A DNA stretch of 64,000 nucleotides from a bacterium (GCA_035405645.1 DAONJL010000011.1:37-64036), one strand, 5' to 3'. Shown: positions 22,901 through 30,681, counted from the stretch's first letter. Translations and numbers: made by a program. Notes: a model not told the origin generated them from the letters alone.

Positions 22901-23685
22901 CGCCAGAATATTATAAAAATGATATATATGTTCAAGTAGAAAAAACAGATACAAATTTAATACATAATTCAAACAAGGATTATTTTCCAGATTTAAGTGA
23001 TATAAATTATATTTCATTCAAAATTTTAAAATTTCAAAATGGTTCATTTATTGATTTAAGTGATTTATTTAGTATTGATAGTGGCTTTCTTATTTCGTTT
23101 GAATTAAAATATATTTTTGATGAATCAACAAAAAAACCAACAGAATATGGAATATATTATTTGAATTTAATTGATACAAAATGGTATGAAATAACAAATG
23201 CTGCACAACCAGGTGGACAGGTAATAAAAATAGGAAAAAATTATGAATATGGTTATGAAAATGGTAAACCATATATAAAAGCAGAAATGCGACATTTATC
23301 TAATTATGCAATTGCATTACGAAGATTGCTACGAGCAACATCTGTAAATAATATAATAATATATCCAAATCCATTTATACCAGAAGATGGCAATTTAATG
23401 ACAGGTAAGCCATTTGATAGAGGAACAGAAGAAGGCGGAATTTACCTTGGCATTGATACAAATAATGACAATATAATTGATAGAAGTTTACCTGATAATG
23501 TTGATATAAAAATTTATAATATTATTGGTGAATTAGTTCGAACAAATATTTATAGAGCAAGTGATGGGTTATATATTTGGGATGGGAAAAATAATAATAA
23601 TGAAGATGTAGCAAGTGGTATTTATTTTGTGGTTATAAAATATAATGGAAATACAATAGTTAAGAAAGTAGGAATAATTCGATAA
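13918..23685 (+). CDS. Giant (3255 aa) cell-surface protein with SbsA-type Ig-like (Big_5) repeats, FN3-like repeats and a C-terminal T9SS type-A sorting domain
   Basis: GTG start with signal peptide. Eight to nine modules of about 100 aa share the pattern P.I..[VI]...NND....S.GD...I.FSE.MDTS (Big_5 consensus FSEPMD). A block of Big_5 plus three FN3-like domains is tandemly duplicated. Five further repeats of about 95 aa follow. The C-terminus (IIIYPNPFIP..IKIYNIIGELV..YIWDGKNNNNEDVASGIYFVVIKY) matches the T9SS CTD / FlgD-Ig-like pattern. Confidence 0.7.
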   Translation: MKNLFFFLIIFFITLKIVIAEKSFAPIADNKPILVYAINDAGGEVDLKWSTLRSDADAGQTGISTVKYLVFRKEGTYFSNLDINTLYNEGIVIDTISQTVTFGIPDYSFIYWSDNNTNNLNASKLLNGYYYTYTIVAFDISDSQYSLPSDTKTVYVDTAGPIIIELYNTPPNYSPVSRNNIIITIKLLEDDGLSSENLYFHFGFNNNPNSFIFNIFDTVPMTIVYDTPYYYASAILPLANIGSNTIARFYISGRDNINGSSEEPSDSSIDGNVLTSNLSDSNLLDWNNSYIYYLDEEPPRIILANLIDSGIFVRKNDTYIYVYLQENVAIDTTKLYLVAKSKITGQIETGAISIIANSGDSYYISALLPLSRFADNDEIVYYLTGTDKGGNNISSYISPIFISEQTGMLIRIDEVPPYILSLSILNNNNTPDLTYSTNEYADSIYKIIAVINDSTQITNVYLKFYSSADFTTDLTNYVSGSETLQLINQYNGDTYWLLSDTIFLNDTEIFPVIYANDTLGNLTIYGDINFNSATQNYLANQYNIKIFSDTLRIIGYSHINNNYNNSNTIFSIGDTINFYFSSKIETTSFTNVNDIFLTISGNTFGINPIYSWFDNYTKIAIQLTNGFTITSNETVYLNTSLRDVYGNISELSEILNFYETARPRIIAVYFQNADTYTTYINAGDSFIVEFSEIMDTSILPDGNYTNLNDTIVLDNNKSIGSNINIVWLENNKLLFSVGNNFNFSDGDTFYINGLKDINQNEIDTTIHLILYDTEPVYPINVFVNHNLDSTNRIITLEFSETIYIETIQTNIINSSKSIDTIYYNDSRSLNINFLDSLIPLSDTIAITNLIKDNSLLKNSATYFEEILITDIDSPYIVTLYFLNNDTNQLNTSISSGDSLIIIFSEPIKDTETFNSSNISDSILIVGAGDTYGNNPVLYWRNNNILEIGLDVGVNIVNNDGLQMHTSIFDLVGHFNTTSETKIVLDNVGPVLKNVYIINNDTNTTFSPGDSIVFQFSEPIKQFLINEINDNIKLPNGRTFGTITEYNYYDNNETLIITIPENYYFLPNDTIYLTQLLCDTYNNPAISSYSQILYDSISPHLLSIEFINNDTIYTSFNSGDSIVFIFSERMDTGLITLSSFYFSNPTDTYGNATLVKNSDSMITIKLGAGAFINNGDSIIISPQVKDIYGNTISINYGYVIDNAQPLISSIIFTDNDTSSTISEGDTFTIIFSEEMDTSILVNGIYADLNDTILISENRNLGSNVLLYWLTSNKLEIRVGTNFTCRHNDTHSFKITSLTDANNNSINLNSYGYLQDTAGPIIELVFLNADYDSRLRTIDVLFNVPIATYEIQIDSFIVNNRNPINLTILSDTEIRLNFDFSINIKTYNFNLTSNKIKDLNNANVQLFNLPQNIIDTKIVDVLMAEVMPSGSNDTFSQTLKIYFNKIINYDLAINPANYQVNNNITNIIYSSDSLSVIIRLSNLFNIRNDTIVILQISDYAETNIANNIIIETSQMYDFQAPYITSVNVINNDSNTDLSAGDTIIISFSEIMNTSPITENNLDSYFILSNNHQFNNAQKIVWSDTYTGLWIQLGSNFTIQYNDSIRGTNNLTDLGGNSDTTIAGSIIITDIYKPDTITNLIHQDINEPIANNGYDNDTQINFSWQHSISTDTAYYKIYVDTVGGLKYYDTTIYNFINVQVSNQANTIIIAITTVDRSNLISDTVYSNEIKIDTIVLPPVTFIHSDSVFNIFYDTDTITNLSWTESQTDIDYYELYVDSGNGFIYIDTTTLNNYSYSNCEHNIAYQFGIIAIDLAGNRSDTKYTITIICDTGDVLKPNKPYHYDSDTNLKANFDNDTIITFRWQALNMADLLWYAVYVSIDNSEFIFYDTTLSNDTDIDIIGDFKTDSTVQIKIMAYDNAGNNGEFSDVSELVKIDRNYPFITNIEIINNDDTNTDISAYDTMIIYFSEAIDSSGISAATIDTYFSFSGNHKIKTNITIYWEFDTKLVIYFLDDNFTIRYGDTITGTYYLRDLAGNYDTTIPGSVIIYDTYPPTPVVNLYHNDVNAPSANSGYDNDNYANFFWTNSYSTDRHHNEIYVDTGAGYVFKDTTTANSYNVLIDNKTSTVAIGVRTVDNFNYKSDTTYSDIIKIDTIIIAPGQPIHSDSVFNVYYDTDTIINIVWSDSQTDIVYYQVDVDAGPGYVYAGTTIEKNYTYTNAINGKSYRFRVKAIDLAGNVSSYSSSSIWITVDTGGVPQISKPYHSDENTYLTLAYDNDTNIRFNWQSAGISDLLYYEVYYSIDSSVFEFYNTTPNTYIIITRSDLKSDSYVKIKVRARDNAGNYGELSEESDSIIIDTGVGRSTLLSPENNNETNNVRPIFRWNLVSDAKYYVLTIATNSQFTNIYLQDTVQYIDYYILSDSLNAGSSGVTYYWRITTIDTAGNYDSTTYNKFIIDTYIATPTIINPENWSETNNYRPLFKWTEINKLYNKFYLYEITAAGDTDLIITIDTTVSSLYLPTYFTKSGTYAFQIISIDTATNISTSPVSYFVIKGINKFNLISPINNTDTNNNNPLFIWENTYGDSIVYRFEFSSRETFDSGYVYYKIVNDTFIYLYDVLGQYIDTEDTFYWRVVAIDSNNFSLTSNQYHLIRFDFTAIIPQVFNPPNNQKLNDTTIEFSCNNVLELVEYKFEFCSDTLFSQASIFLDTIISTTNSCTYAGLKESTFYWRIIVKDYLGNTGISNVNKFEIDTYVNATLVGLVQGIVYDDLGIYTSDKTPTFEWQLKSDVTNYNFQLSRQQTFQQLVFSETTTMKEITIPEANQLIIEDTYYYRVITTDDYGNYNISNIGYFVLDYSKPLITIVMDSMVNTNNETITIYVREKNFYYLMINNDTKTNYVITQLSSDSIKIEINLLLPELENYFELKIVDRALNTETSSFSIFVVVQQTISDSQIVNIGLLGDTPILIHKTNNEEINFTVKINNKAGDYDTIAIKLNLDNDYRSAAPEYYKNDIYVQVEKTDTNLIHNSNKDYFPDLSDINYISFKILKFQNGSFIDLSDLFSIDSGFLISFELKYIFDESTKKPTEYGIYYLNLIDTKWYEITNAAQPGGQVIKIGKNYEYGYENGKPYIKAEMRHLSNYAIALRRLLRATSVNNIIIYPNPFIPEDGNLMTGKPFDRGTEEGGIYLGIDTNNDNIIDRSLPDNVDIKIYNIIGELVRTNIYRASDGLYIWDGKNNNNEDVASGIYFVVIKYNGNTIVKKVGIIR
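18468..20975 (+). repeat. Intragenic tandem duplication: two units of about 1.25 kb, each encoding one Big_5 plus three FN3-like domains
   Basis: Protein segments APYITSVNVINNDSN..IDRN (nt about 18468-19720) and YPFITNIEIINNDD..IIIDTG (nt about 19721-20975) are collinear. They share roughly 50-60% aa identity and have the same domain order. Confidence 0.6.
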
Positions 23686-23686
23686 A

Positions 23687-24649
23687 ATGTTCAATAAGAT
23701 ATTTATTTGTATTATTTTCTTAATATGTTATTCAATATTATTTAGTGCAAATCGAGGAACTGTTGGTGGTTTATTTTTAGATTTATTGCCAACAGCAAGA
23801 AGTATAGGAATGGGAGGCGCAGTATCAGGAATAACAAATGGTGCTGAAGCATTGCACTTTAATCCAGCAGCAACAGTATATTCATTAGAACCAGAATTTT
23901 ATTTTACACATCAAATACTTTATCAGGATTTAAAATATTATTATTTTGCATATCTAACACAAATAGATAATTACACAGCAATGGGTTTTAATATAAAAAA
24001 TTTAACAATCAGTGATATAGAAAAAACAACAGTAAATCGTGGTAATCGCTATAATTATTTTTTAAATGGTTCTTATGAAATGCAGGATATTTGTTTAAGT
24101 TATTCAATTGCACATAAAATTAAGAAGAGTTTAAATATTAGTGAAAATCAGTATTTTATAGTATCTTATGGTGGCAGCATAAAATACATTGTTTCAAAAA
24201 TTGACACTTATAAAGCAAAAACATATACAACAGATTGGTCATTATTTTTAAAAGGCAAAGGAATAAATTTAAATTTTATGATTACAAATTTATTTGGTAG
24301 TTTGAAATACAATAAGAAAAAAGAAGATTTATCGTTATCATTTAAAATGGGTATAGGAGTGCCATTTGAAATAAAAGAACATAATACAAATTTAGGAATA
24401 GAAATAACAAAAATAGTTGGTGATAATTTATATTTTAATACTGGGTTAGAATTTGAAATAAATAAAAATCTAATATTACGAACAGGCAGAGATTTTCGTA
24501 ATGATGCAAATAATTCATTATCATTTGGTATTGGCTACAAAATTCCTTATGATTTGAAGTATATTAAAAATCTAATGATTAATTATGCATTTTCAACTTA
24601 TGGTGATTTAGGCGATAAACATGCTTTTGATTTATCAATAAAATTTTAA
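23687..24649 (+). CDS. PorV/PorQ-like outer-membrane beta-barrel (FadL-fold family)
   Basis: Signal peptide, then ARSIGMGGAVSGITNGAEALHFNPAA, which resembles the PorV/LptO N-terminal signature (GMGGA...NPAG). The protein ends in an aromatic residue (KF). It starts 1 nt after the stop of the CTD-bearing giant gene. Confidence 0.45.
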   Translation: MFNKIFICIIFLICYSILFSANRGTVGGLFLDLLPTARSIGMGGAVSGITNGAEALHFNPAATVYSLEPEFYFTHQILYQDLKYYYFAYLTQIDNYTAMGFNIKNLTISDIEKTTVNRGNRYNYFLNGSYEMQDICLSYSIAHKIKKSLNISENQYFIVSYGGSIKYIVSKIDTYKAKTYTTDWSLFLKGKGINLNFMITNLFGSLKYNKKKEDLSLSFKMGIGVPFEIKEHNTNLGIEITKIVGDNLYFNTGLEFEINKNLILRTGRDFRNDANNSLSFGIGYKIPYDLKYIKNLMINYAFSTYGDLGDKHAFDLSIKF

Positions 24650-24702
24650 AATTCAATATATATAATGGGGTAAGAATTTTAATTTAAAAGAGGAGGTGTA
24701 AA

Positions 24703-26928
24703 ATGCGTTCATATCTAATAATTTATTTCATTCTTTTGATTTTATCATTTGATTTATTTTCAGAAACTCGCTATTCGATGGAAGAAGAATTTTTTGCAAT
24801 ACAGGAGCAGGTAGTAATTTCCGCATCAAAAAAAGCGCAGAAAATAAGTGAAGCACCTGCTGCTATTACTGTAATTACAGGTGAAGAAATTAGAAAGTAT
24901 GGCTTTAAAACAATAGGTGAAGTATTGGATATAGTGCCTGGTGTTTATAATTCAAGTGATAGAAATAATGAATATGGCATAATAAGAGGTTTGCACATTA
25001 GCGGTGATAATAATAAAAGAATTTTAGTATTATTAAATGGACATACATTAAACAATGGTGTAACAATGGAAACTTCGCTTGGTTATGAACTTGGTATTCC
25101 AATGAATGCAATAGAACGAATAGAAGTATTAAGAGGTGCTGGTTCAGTAATGTATGGTGCTAATGCTTTTTTTGGAGTAATTAATATCATTTTAAAAGAT
25201 TCAAAAGAGAGTGATGAAAAAGGTAAAACATTGGTTGATGTAAATATAGGACAATATAATTTAAAAGAAAATTCAATTATTTATCATTCACCAAAAAACA
25301 AAGTATTTGTAGCAGCCCAAATAAGAGAAAATAAAGGTGCACCATTTTCAACAGATTATAATTACAAATGGCTTGATTTATTAGCAACAATGGAAGATCC
25401 ACTTTATTCTGCATCAAATAATACTTTTTTTAAAGGCACTGAAGTTCGTGATGTTGATTTTGATAAAGTATATTCACTTATCAGTTCATTTCAAATAAGT
25501 AAAATAAAGTTTCTAACAAAATTAACAAATGTAAAAGAAGGTATGCCATTAGGTGATTGGAAACAGGCACTTGACCAAAAAGATAAATATGAAAAAATGG
25601 ATAATTTATTTTTAGAAGCAAATTATTCAACAACAATAAATGAAAAGTATCCATTATCATTTCGCTTATATACAAAATATTATAATTGGTCAGATAAATT
25701 ATATTATCATGAATTAGATGCTGATTCAGGCGGTAATACTTATATACCAAATTTTAGAGAAATAGGGATCCCAAATGGTTCATATTGGATTGATAGATTA
25801 AAAGGAACATGGAATGGGGCAGAAGTTAAAGTTGAAGGTTCTTTTTTAGAGGGAAAATTAAATAGTATTTCAGGAATAGAATATATAAATAAATTTAACA
25901 AAAGTGATTATCATGCATATAATTTCAATTGGGAGCCAGACCCAAATCCAGCATATCATTCAAATTGGATTTCAAAAAAGATAAATGGAATTGCAATTTA
26001 TAATGAAATTAGTTATTCAATTTCAGAAAAATTAAAATCATTATTTGGTGCACGCTTTGATAAAATCACTGATTTTTCTGGTGAAATATCACCTCGAATT
26101 GCATTTATTTATTCACCAACTGAACAATCAAATTATAAATTTATTATAGGAAAAGCATTTAGAACACCGGGTTATAAAGAATATGCTTATGATGATGGTG
26201 ATTTGTTACCTAATCCAGATTTAAAACCAGAAATAATTTATTCTGGCGATTTGATTTCAACATTTAGTTTTAAAAATTTAACATTATCAATTGATTTATT
26301 TTATAGTTCTTTTGATAACTTGATTGTTAAAAATTCTGCCGCTATTTATGATGTTATGTTTTTACCTTCTTTTTATCCAAGAAGTATGTATCAAAATCCT
26401 TATAAGATAAAGAATTATGGAATTGAAACATCTTTAAAAGGTAAATTAAACAAATTAAATTATTTTTTAAATTTTTTAATAATTGATAATAATCAATCAG
26501 GTAAATTAGAAGAATGGGAAGATACAATATCAATAAAAGTAACCGAAAAAGATGAAGGCGTAAAAAATTCAATTAGATATTGTATAACAGCAGGTGGAAA
26601 TATAGAATATAAATTATTTAATTATGCTTTGATTTTGAAATATATTTCAAAACGAGATATTGAATTATTACAACCAATTGAATTATATGGGATAGATGGT
26701 TCTGCTCCAACAATTGTAAATGAAAATTATCCAACAAAAACAAAAAAATCATTATTAGTTGATGTAAATATAAACACAATTAAAAGATATAAAGGTTTTA
26801 GTTTTGGTATTGCAATAAAAGATTTATTTGATAGTAAGAGAGAAGAACCTGCACGAAGTACATCTTGTATTAATATGGTAAAAACCGAAGGAAGAAAAAT
26901 AATAGGAAATATAAATTATGAATTTTGA
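24703..26928 (+). CDS. TonB-dependent outer-membrane receptor
   Basis: Signal peptide, a plug domain (ISASKKAQKISEAPAAITVITGEEIRKYGFKTIGEVLDIVPGV), a long beta-barrel region, and a terminal aromatic (YEF). Strong SD AGGAGG. Confidence 0.7.
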   Translation: MRSYLIIYFILLILSFDLFSETRYSMEEEFFAIQEQVVISASKKAQKISEAPAAITVITGEEIRKYGFKTIGEVLDIVPGVYNSSDRNNEYGIIRGLHISGDNNKRILVLLNGHTLNNGVTMETSLGYELGIPMNAIERIEVLRGAGSVMYGANAFFGVINIILKDSKESDEKGKTLVDVNIGQYNLKENSIIYHSPKNKVFVAAQIRENKGAPFSTDYNYKWLDLLATMEDPLYSASNNTFFKGTEVRDVDFDKVYSLISSFQISKIKFLTKLTNVKEGMPLGDWKQALDQKDKYEKMDNLFLEANYSTTINEKYPLSFRLYTKYYNWSDKLYYHELDADSGGNTYIPNFREIGIPNGSYWIDRLKGTWNGAEVKVEGSFLEGKLNSISGIEYINKFNKSDYHAYNFNWEPDPNPAYHSNWISKKINGIAIYNEISYSISEKLKSLFGARFDKITDFSGEISPRIAFIYSPTEQSNYKFIIGKAFRTPGYKEYAYDDGDLLPNPDLKPEIIYSGDLISTFSFKNLTLSIDLFYSSFDNLIVKNSAAIYDVMFLPSFYPRSMYQNPYKIKNYGIETSLKGKLNKLNYFLNFLIIDNNQSGKLEEWEDTISIKVTEKDEGVKNSIRYCITAGGNIEYKLFNYALILKYISKRDIELLQPIELYGIDGSAPTIVNENYPTKTKKSLLVDVNINTIKRYKGFSFGIAIKDLFDSKREEPARSTSCINMVKTEGRKIIGNINYEF

Positions 26929-26981
26929 TTAAAAAATTTTTATTTGACAGAAAAGAAATTATTATATATAAATGTATAATT

Positions 26982-28325
26982 ATGAAAGAAGAAAAAAATA
27001 TAATAATAAAAAAGATAAAAGAAGCTGGCGTGGTAGGTTGTGGGGGGGCAGGTTTTCCTTCTTATTTTAAATATAATGCAAAAGCAGAATATTTACTAAT
27101 AAATGGTGCTGAATGTGAACCATTGCTTTATAAAGATAAAGAATTAATGAAGCATTTTTCAAAAGAAATAGCAGAAGCAATGAAATTTATAGGTGAGTTA
27201 GTCGGAGCAAAAAAAGCAATTATTGGTTTAAAAGCTAAAAATAAAGAAGCTATTGAAAACTTTAATAAAATATTTAAAAATTATAATAATTATCTTGAAT
27301 ACTTTATTTTAGATGATTTTTATCCTGCAGGTGATGAAGTTGTTCTTGTGTATGAAATATTAAAAAGAGTTGTGCCACCGGCGGGACTTCCATTAGAAGT
27401 AGGTGCTGTTGTTACAAATCCAGAAACAATAATAAATGCATATAATAAAATAATAAAAGATGAAAATGTTACAGAAACATATATAACAGTTGCAGGTGGA
27501 GTTAAAAGACCAATTACAACGAAAGTTCCAATTGGTATAACATTTAGAGAAGCAATAAAATTAGCCGGCGGAGCGACAGTAAAAGACCCAGTTTATATTG
27601 ATGGGGGACCGATGATGGGGCAACCAGTTGAGGATGACCAGCGAATAATAACAAAACCATGCTCTGGTTTTATAGTTCTTGATAGAAGTCATCCATTTGT
27701 TCAGAAAAAATTTTCTTCTGAAAAAAGATTAACAATGATAGGTCGTTCTTGTTGTGACCAATGTTCATATTGCACTGAATTATGCCCGCGATATTTATTA
27801 GGGCATCCTTTAATGCCACATAAATCAATGCGTTCACTCGGTTTATCATTTAATACAATGTCAACTCAGTCTCGCTGGGCACTTGTTTGTGTTGAATGTG
27901 GGTTGTGTGGCTTTTACTCCTGTCCAGAAGATTTATTACCAAATAGAGTATGTTCAATCTCAAAAAGAAATTTATTTATAGAGGGAATTAAATTTACAAG
28001 GACAGAATCAGAATATAAACCACATCCTATGCGTGATTACAGAAAAGTTCCTATTTCTAAATTAGTAAAAAAATTAAGTTTAGAAGAATATAATGTTCAT
28101 CCAGAATTTATTGAAACAAATTATAAACCAGAGAAAGTGACAATACCATTACAACAACATATAGGAGTTCCAGCAACGCCAATAGTAAAAATCAATCAAA
28201 AAGTTAAAAAAGGTGAAATAATAGGAATTGTACCAGACGATAAATTAGGTGCGTATATTCATTCAAGTATTGAAGGCAAAGTAAGTGAAATAAATGAAAA
28301 AAATATCATAATAGAGAGAGTGTGA
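26982..28325 (+). CDS. pduS: PduS-like RnfC-family Fe-S flavoprotein (cobalamin reductase-like)
   Basis: N-terminus GVVGCGGAGFPSYFKYNAKAEYLLINGAECEP is nearly identical in pattern to PduS/RnfC (GVVGAGGAGFPTHVK..NAAECEP). Two 4Fe-4S motifs are present (CCDQCSYCTELCP; CVECGLCGFYSCP). The start was moved from TTG 26925 to ATG 26982. Confidence 0.7.
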   Translation: MKEEKNIIIKKIKEAGVVGCGGAGFPSYFKYNAKAEYLLINGAECEPLLYKDKELMKHFSKEIAEAMKFIGELVGAKKAIIGLKAKNKEAIENFNKIFKNYNNYLEYFILDDFYPAGDEVVLVYEILKRVVPPAGLPLEVGAVVTNPETIINAYNKIIKDENVTETYITVAGGVKRPITTKVPIGITFREAIKLAGGATVKDPVYIDGGPMMGQPVEDDQRIITKPCSGFIVLDRSHPFVQKKFSSEKRLTMIGRSCCDQCSYCTELCPRYLLGHPLMPHKSMRSLGLSFNTMSTQSRWALVCVECGLCGFYSCPEDLLPNRVCSISKRNLFIEGIKFTRTESEYKPHPMRDYRKVPISKLVKKLSLEEYNVHPEFIETNYKPEKVTIPLQQHIGVPATPIVKINQKVKKGEIIGIVPDDKLGAYIHSSIEGKVSEINEKNIIIERV

Positions 28326-28329
28326 TTTT

Positions 28330-28878
28330 ATGCAAACTGCATTAGGTTTAATAGAATTATCAAGTATTGCACAAGGTTATTTAACTGCTGATGTAATGTT
28401 AAAAGCAGCAGAAGTAGAACTTGTGATAGCACGCACTGTCTGCTCTGGGAAATTTATTGTTATTGTAAATGGTTTAGTTGGTCCTGTTAAAAGTAGTGTG
28501 AAAGCAGGAATAGAAATAGCTGATTTTGCTTTAATTGATTCGATGATTATTCCTAATATTCATCCAGATGTTTTACCCGCATTAAAAGGATTAAATGTAA
28601 TTTCAGAAACCGAAGCACTTGGTGTAGTTGAATCTTTTGCTATTGCTTCATTAATAGAAGGCGCAGATATAGCAGTAAAAACAGCAAATGTAAAATTAAT
28701 AGAAGTGCGATTAGCAATGGCACTTGGCGGAAAAGCATATTTTACAATAACAGGGACAGTTGCAGATGTAACAAGTTCTGTTAATGCAGCATCAGATTTT
28801 ATAGCAGAAAAAGGCGCTCTTGTTAATAAAATAATTATTCCACGACCTCGTCAAGAAATATTCCAAGAATTAATCTAA
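28330..28878 (+). CDS. pduT: PduT-like tandem BMC-domain shell protein
   Basis: Two BMC domains in 182 aa. Collinear with Salmonella PduT: LGLIELSSIAQG..TVCSGKF (conserved Fe-S ligand Cys), NIHPDVLPAL, and a C-terminal IPRP. Confidence 0.75.
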   Translation: MQTALGLIELSSIAQGYLTADVMLKAAEVELVIARTVCSGKFIVIVNGLVGPVKSSVKAGIEIADFALIDSMIIPNIHPDVLPALKGLNVISETEALGVVESFAIASLIEGADIAVKTANVKLIEVRLAMALGGKAYFTITGTVADVTSSVNAASDFIAEKGALVNKIIIPRPRQEIFQELI

Positions 28879-28879
28879 T

Positions 28880-29710
28880 ATGTCTGAAAAGAGAATAGGC
28901 TTTATTGGCTGTGGTAATATGGCAACAGCCATTCTGGAAAATATAATCGGAAATCAAATTATAAAAAGAAATAATTTAATAATTTATGATATTATTAAAG
29001 ATAAAACAGAATATTTTAATAATAAATACAAAATCGAAATTGCAAAAGACAATAGTGATTTAATTCAAAAAGCAGATATAATTTTTTTAGCAATAAAACC
29101 ACAATCATTAAATGATTTAGAAAAAGAGATAAAAAATAATAATTTTGCTGAAAAATGTATTGTATCAATAATGGCTGGAATAAAAACAGATAAGTTATCA
29201 AATATATTTAAAAATGCACAAATAGTTCGAACAATGCCAAATACACCAGCATTGGTTAGCGAAGGTATGACTGGAATTTATTTTAAAAATATTAATGAAC
29301 AAAATAAAGAAATAATAATAAATATTTTTTCAAGTATTGGTGATTATGTAATTGTTCAAAAAGAAGAAATATTAAATTTAATAACTGCAATATCAGGTAG
29401 TGGACCAGCATACATTTTTTATATAATAGAAGCAATAGAAGAAGCAATTTGTGAGATAAATAAATTTAGTGATAGTGAAAAAATAGAGGGGAGGAAAATA
29501 ATTTTACAAACAATAAAAGGAGCAATAAAATTAATAGAAGAAACAAAAGAAGAACCAGAAAAATTACGAAAAAAAGTTACATCACGAAAAGGGACGACAG
29601 AAGCAGCAATAAATGAATTTGAAAAAAAGGAATTAAAAGAAATAATAAAAGAAGGTATAAAAGCAGCATATAAAAGAGCGATTGAATTAGGTGAAGAATT
29701 ATCAAAATGA
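28880..29710 (+). CDS. proC: Pyrroline-5-carboxylate reductase
   Basis: N-terminal Rossmann motif IGFIGCGNMA, MPNTPA, the C-terminal P5CR signature VTSRKGTT, and 276 aa length. Confidence 0.8.
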   Translation: MSEKRIGFIGCGNMATAILENIIGNQIIKRNNLIIYDIIKDKTEYFNNKYKIEIAKDNSDLIQKADIIFLAIKPQSLNDLEKEIKNNNFAEKCIVSIMAGIKTDKLSNIFKNAQIVRTMPNTPALVSEGMTGIYFKNINEQNKEIIINIFSSIGDYVIVQKEEILNLITAISGSGPAYIFYIIEAIEEAICEINKFSDSEKIEGRKIILQTIKGAIKLIEETKEEPEKLRKKVTSRKGTTEAAINEFEKKELKEIIKEGIKAAYKRAIELGEELSK

Positions 29711-30681
29711 AAAAAACAAGTGGTTTTAAATTTGATATTTTTAAAAAGAAATATTTAGAACAATTAAAAAAATTTTTTATTCATTATCCTTATAAAAAAT
29801 ATCAATTATCGACAATAGGAATAAGCAAACGAAAAATGACAGAATATTTATTAACAACAATAGAAGGGGAAGAGACATTTAATTTTGCTGCAATCGCAAA
29901 AACTAAATTAGTTGGTTTTATCACATTAAAAAAATTATTTTTTTTATCAAATATTTTTGGTTATAATATTTTTTCAATGAAACATTTTTTATATGATAAT
30001 TCATTTAAAGAAAAATCAAAATTATTATTAAATTATTCAATTGCTGAAAAAAAAGAGATAGATGTAATCACCTGTAAAGTAGCATCAGATGACATTACAA
30101 CAATTCATATTTTAGAAGATAATAATTTTAATTTTGTAGGTAATCAATTAGATTTAATATTAGATTTGACAAAATATAAGAAGAATTATGAGTATGAAAA
30201 AAAATATATAAGAGAAGCAAAACGAGATGATTTTAAAGAAATATATAAAATCATCAAAAAGGTTCATACTAAAAATCCATATATATATGACCCGAATTTT
30301 GATAATAATGATGTGGTAAAATTGTATTGTAAAATATTAGAATACCATCTGAATGATGAATTATATAAAATATTTGTTTATGAAAAAGAAAATCAGGTAA
30401 TTGGCTTTATAACAATAAAATTAAATGTAATATTTTCAAAATATGCAGGTAAAAATTGTGTGAGTCTGGATTTTATTGGTGTACAAAATAATTATCAGAA
30501 TAAAGGAATTGGTTCACAATTAAATGCTTTTTCATTAGATTATTTAAAAGCAAATAATTATGAAATTTGTGCTGTTAAAACTTTATCAGATAATTATTAT
30601 TCTATTTATATTTGTTCAAAATTTGGATTTAAAATTACATCATCAAATTTATTATTTCATAGATGGATAAAAAAAGTATGA
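29707..30681 (+). CDS. GNAT-family N-acetyltransferase (tandem GNAT-like halves)
   Basis: C-terminal half carries the acetyl-CoA-binding motif GVQNNYQNKGIGSQL. The N-terminal half is a degenerate GNAT-like fold. Confidence 0.55.
   Translation: MKKTSGFKFDIFKKKYLEQLKKFFIHYPYKKYQLSTIGISKRKMTEYLLTTIEGEETFNFAAIAKTKLVGFITLKKLFFLSNIFGYNIFSMKHFLYDNSFKEKSKLLLNYSIAEKKEIDVITCKVASDDITTIHILEDNNFNFVGNQLDLILDLTKYKKNYEYEKKYIREAKRDDFKEIYKIIKKVHTKNPYIYDPNFDNNDVVKLYCKILEYHLNDELYKIFVYEKENQVIGFITIKLNVIFSKYAGKNCVSLDFIGVQNNYQNKGIGSQLNAFSLDYLKANNYEICAVKTLSDNYYSIYICSKFGFKITSSNLLFHRWIKKV

Noticed and set aside
26944-26972. TTGACA-17-TATAAA promoter immediately upstream of pduS
   Set aside because: It would place the transcription start only about 3 nt before ATG 26982, giving a leaderless mRNA. 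This cannot be distinguished from chance in 25% GC DNA. pduS may simply be co-transcribed with the TonB-dependent receptor gene.
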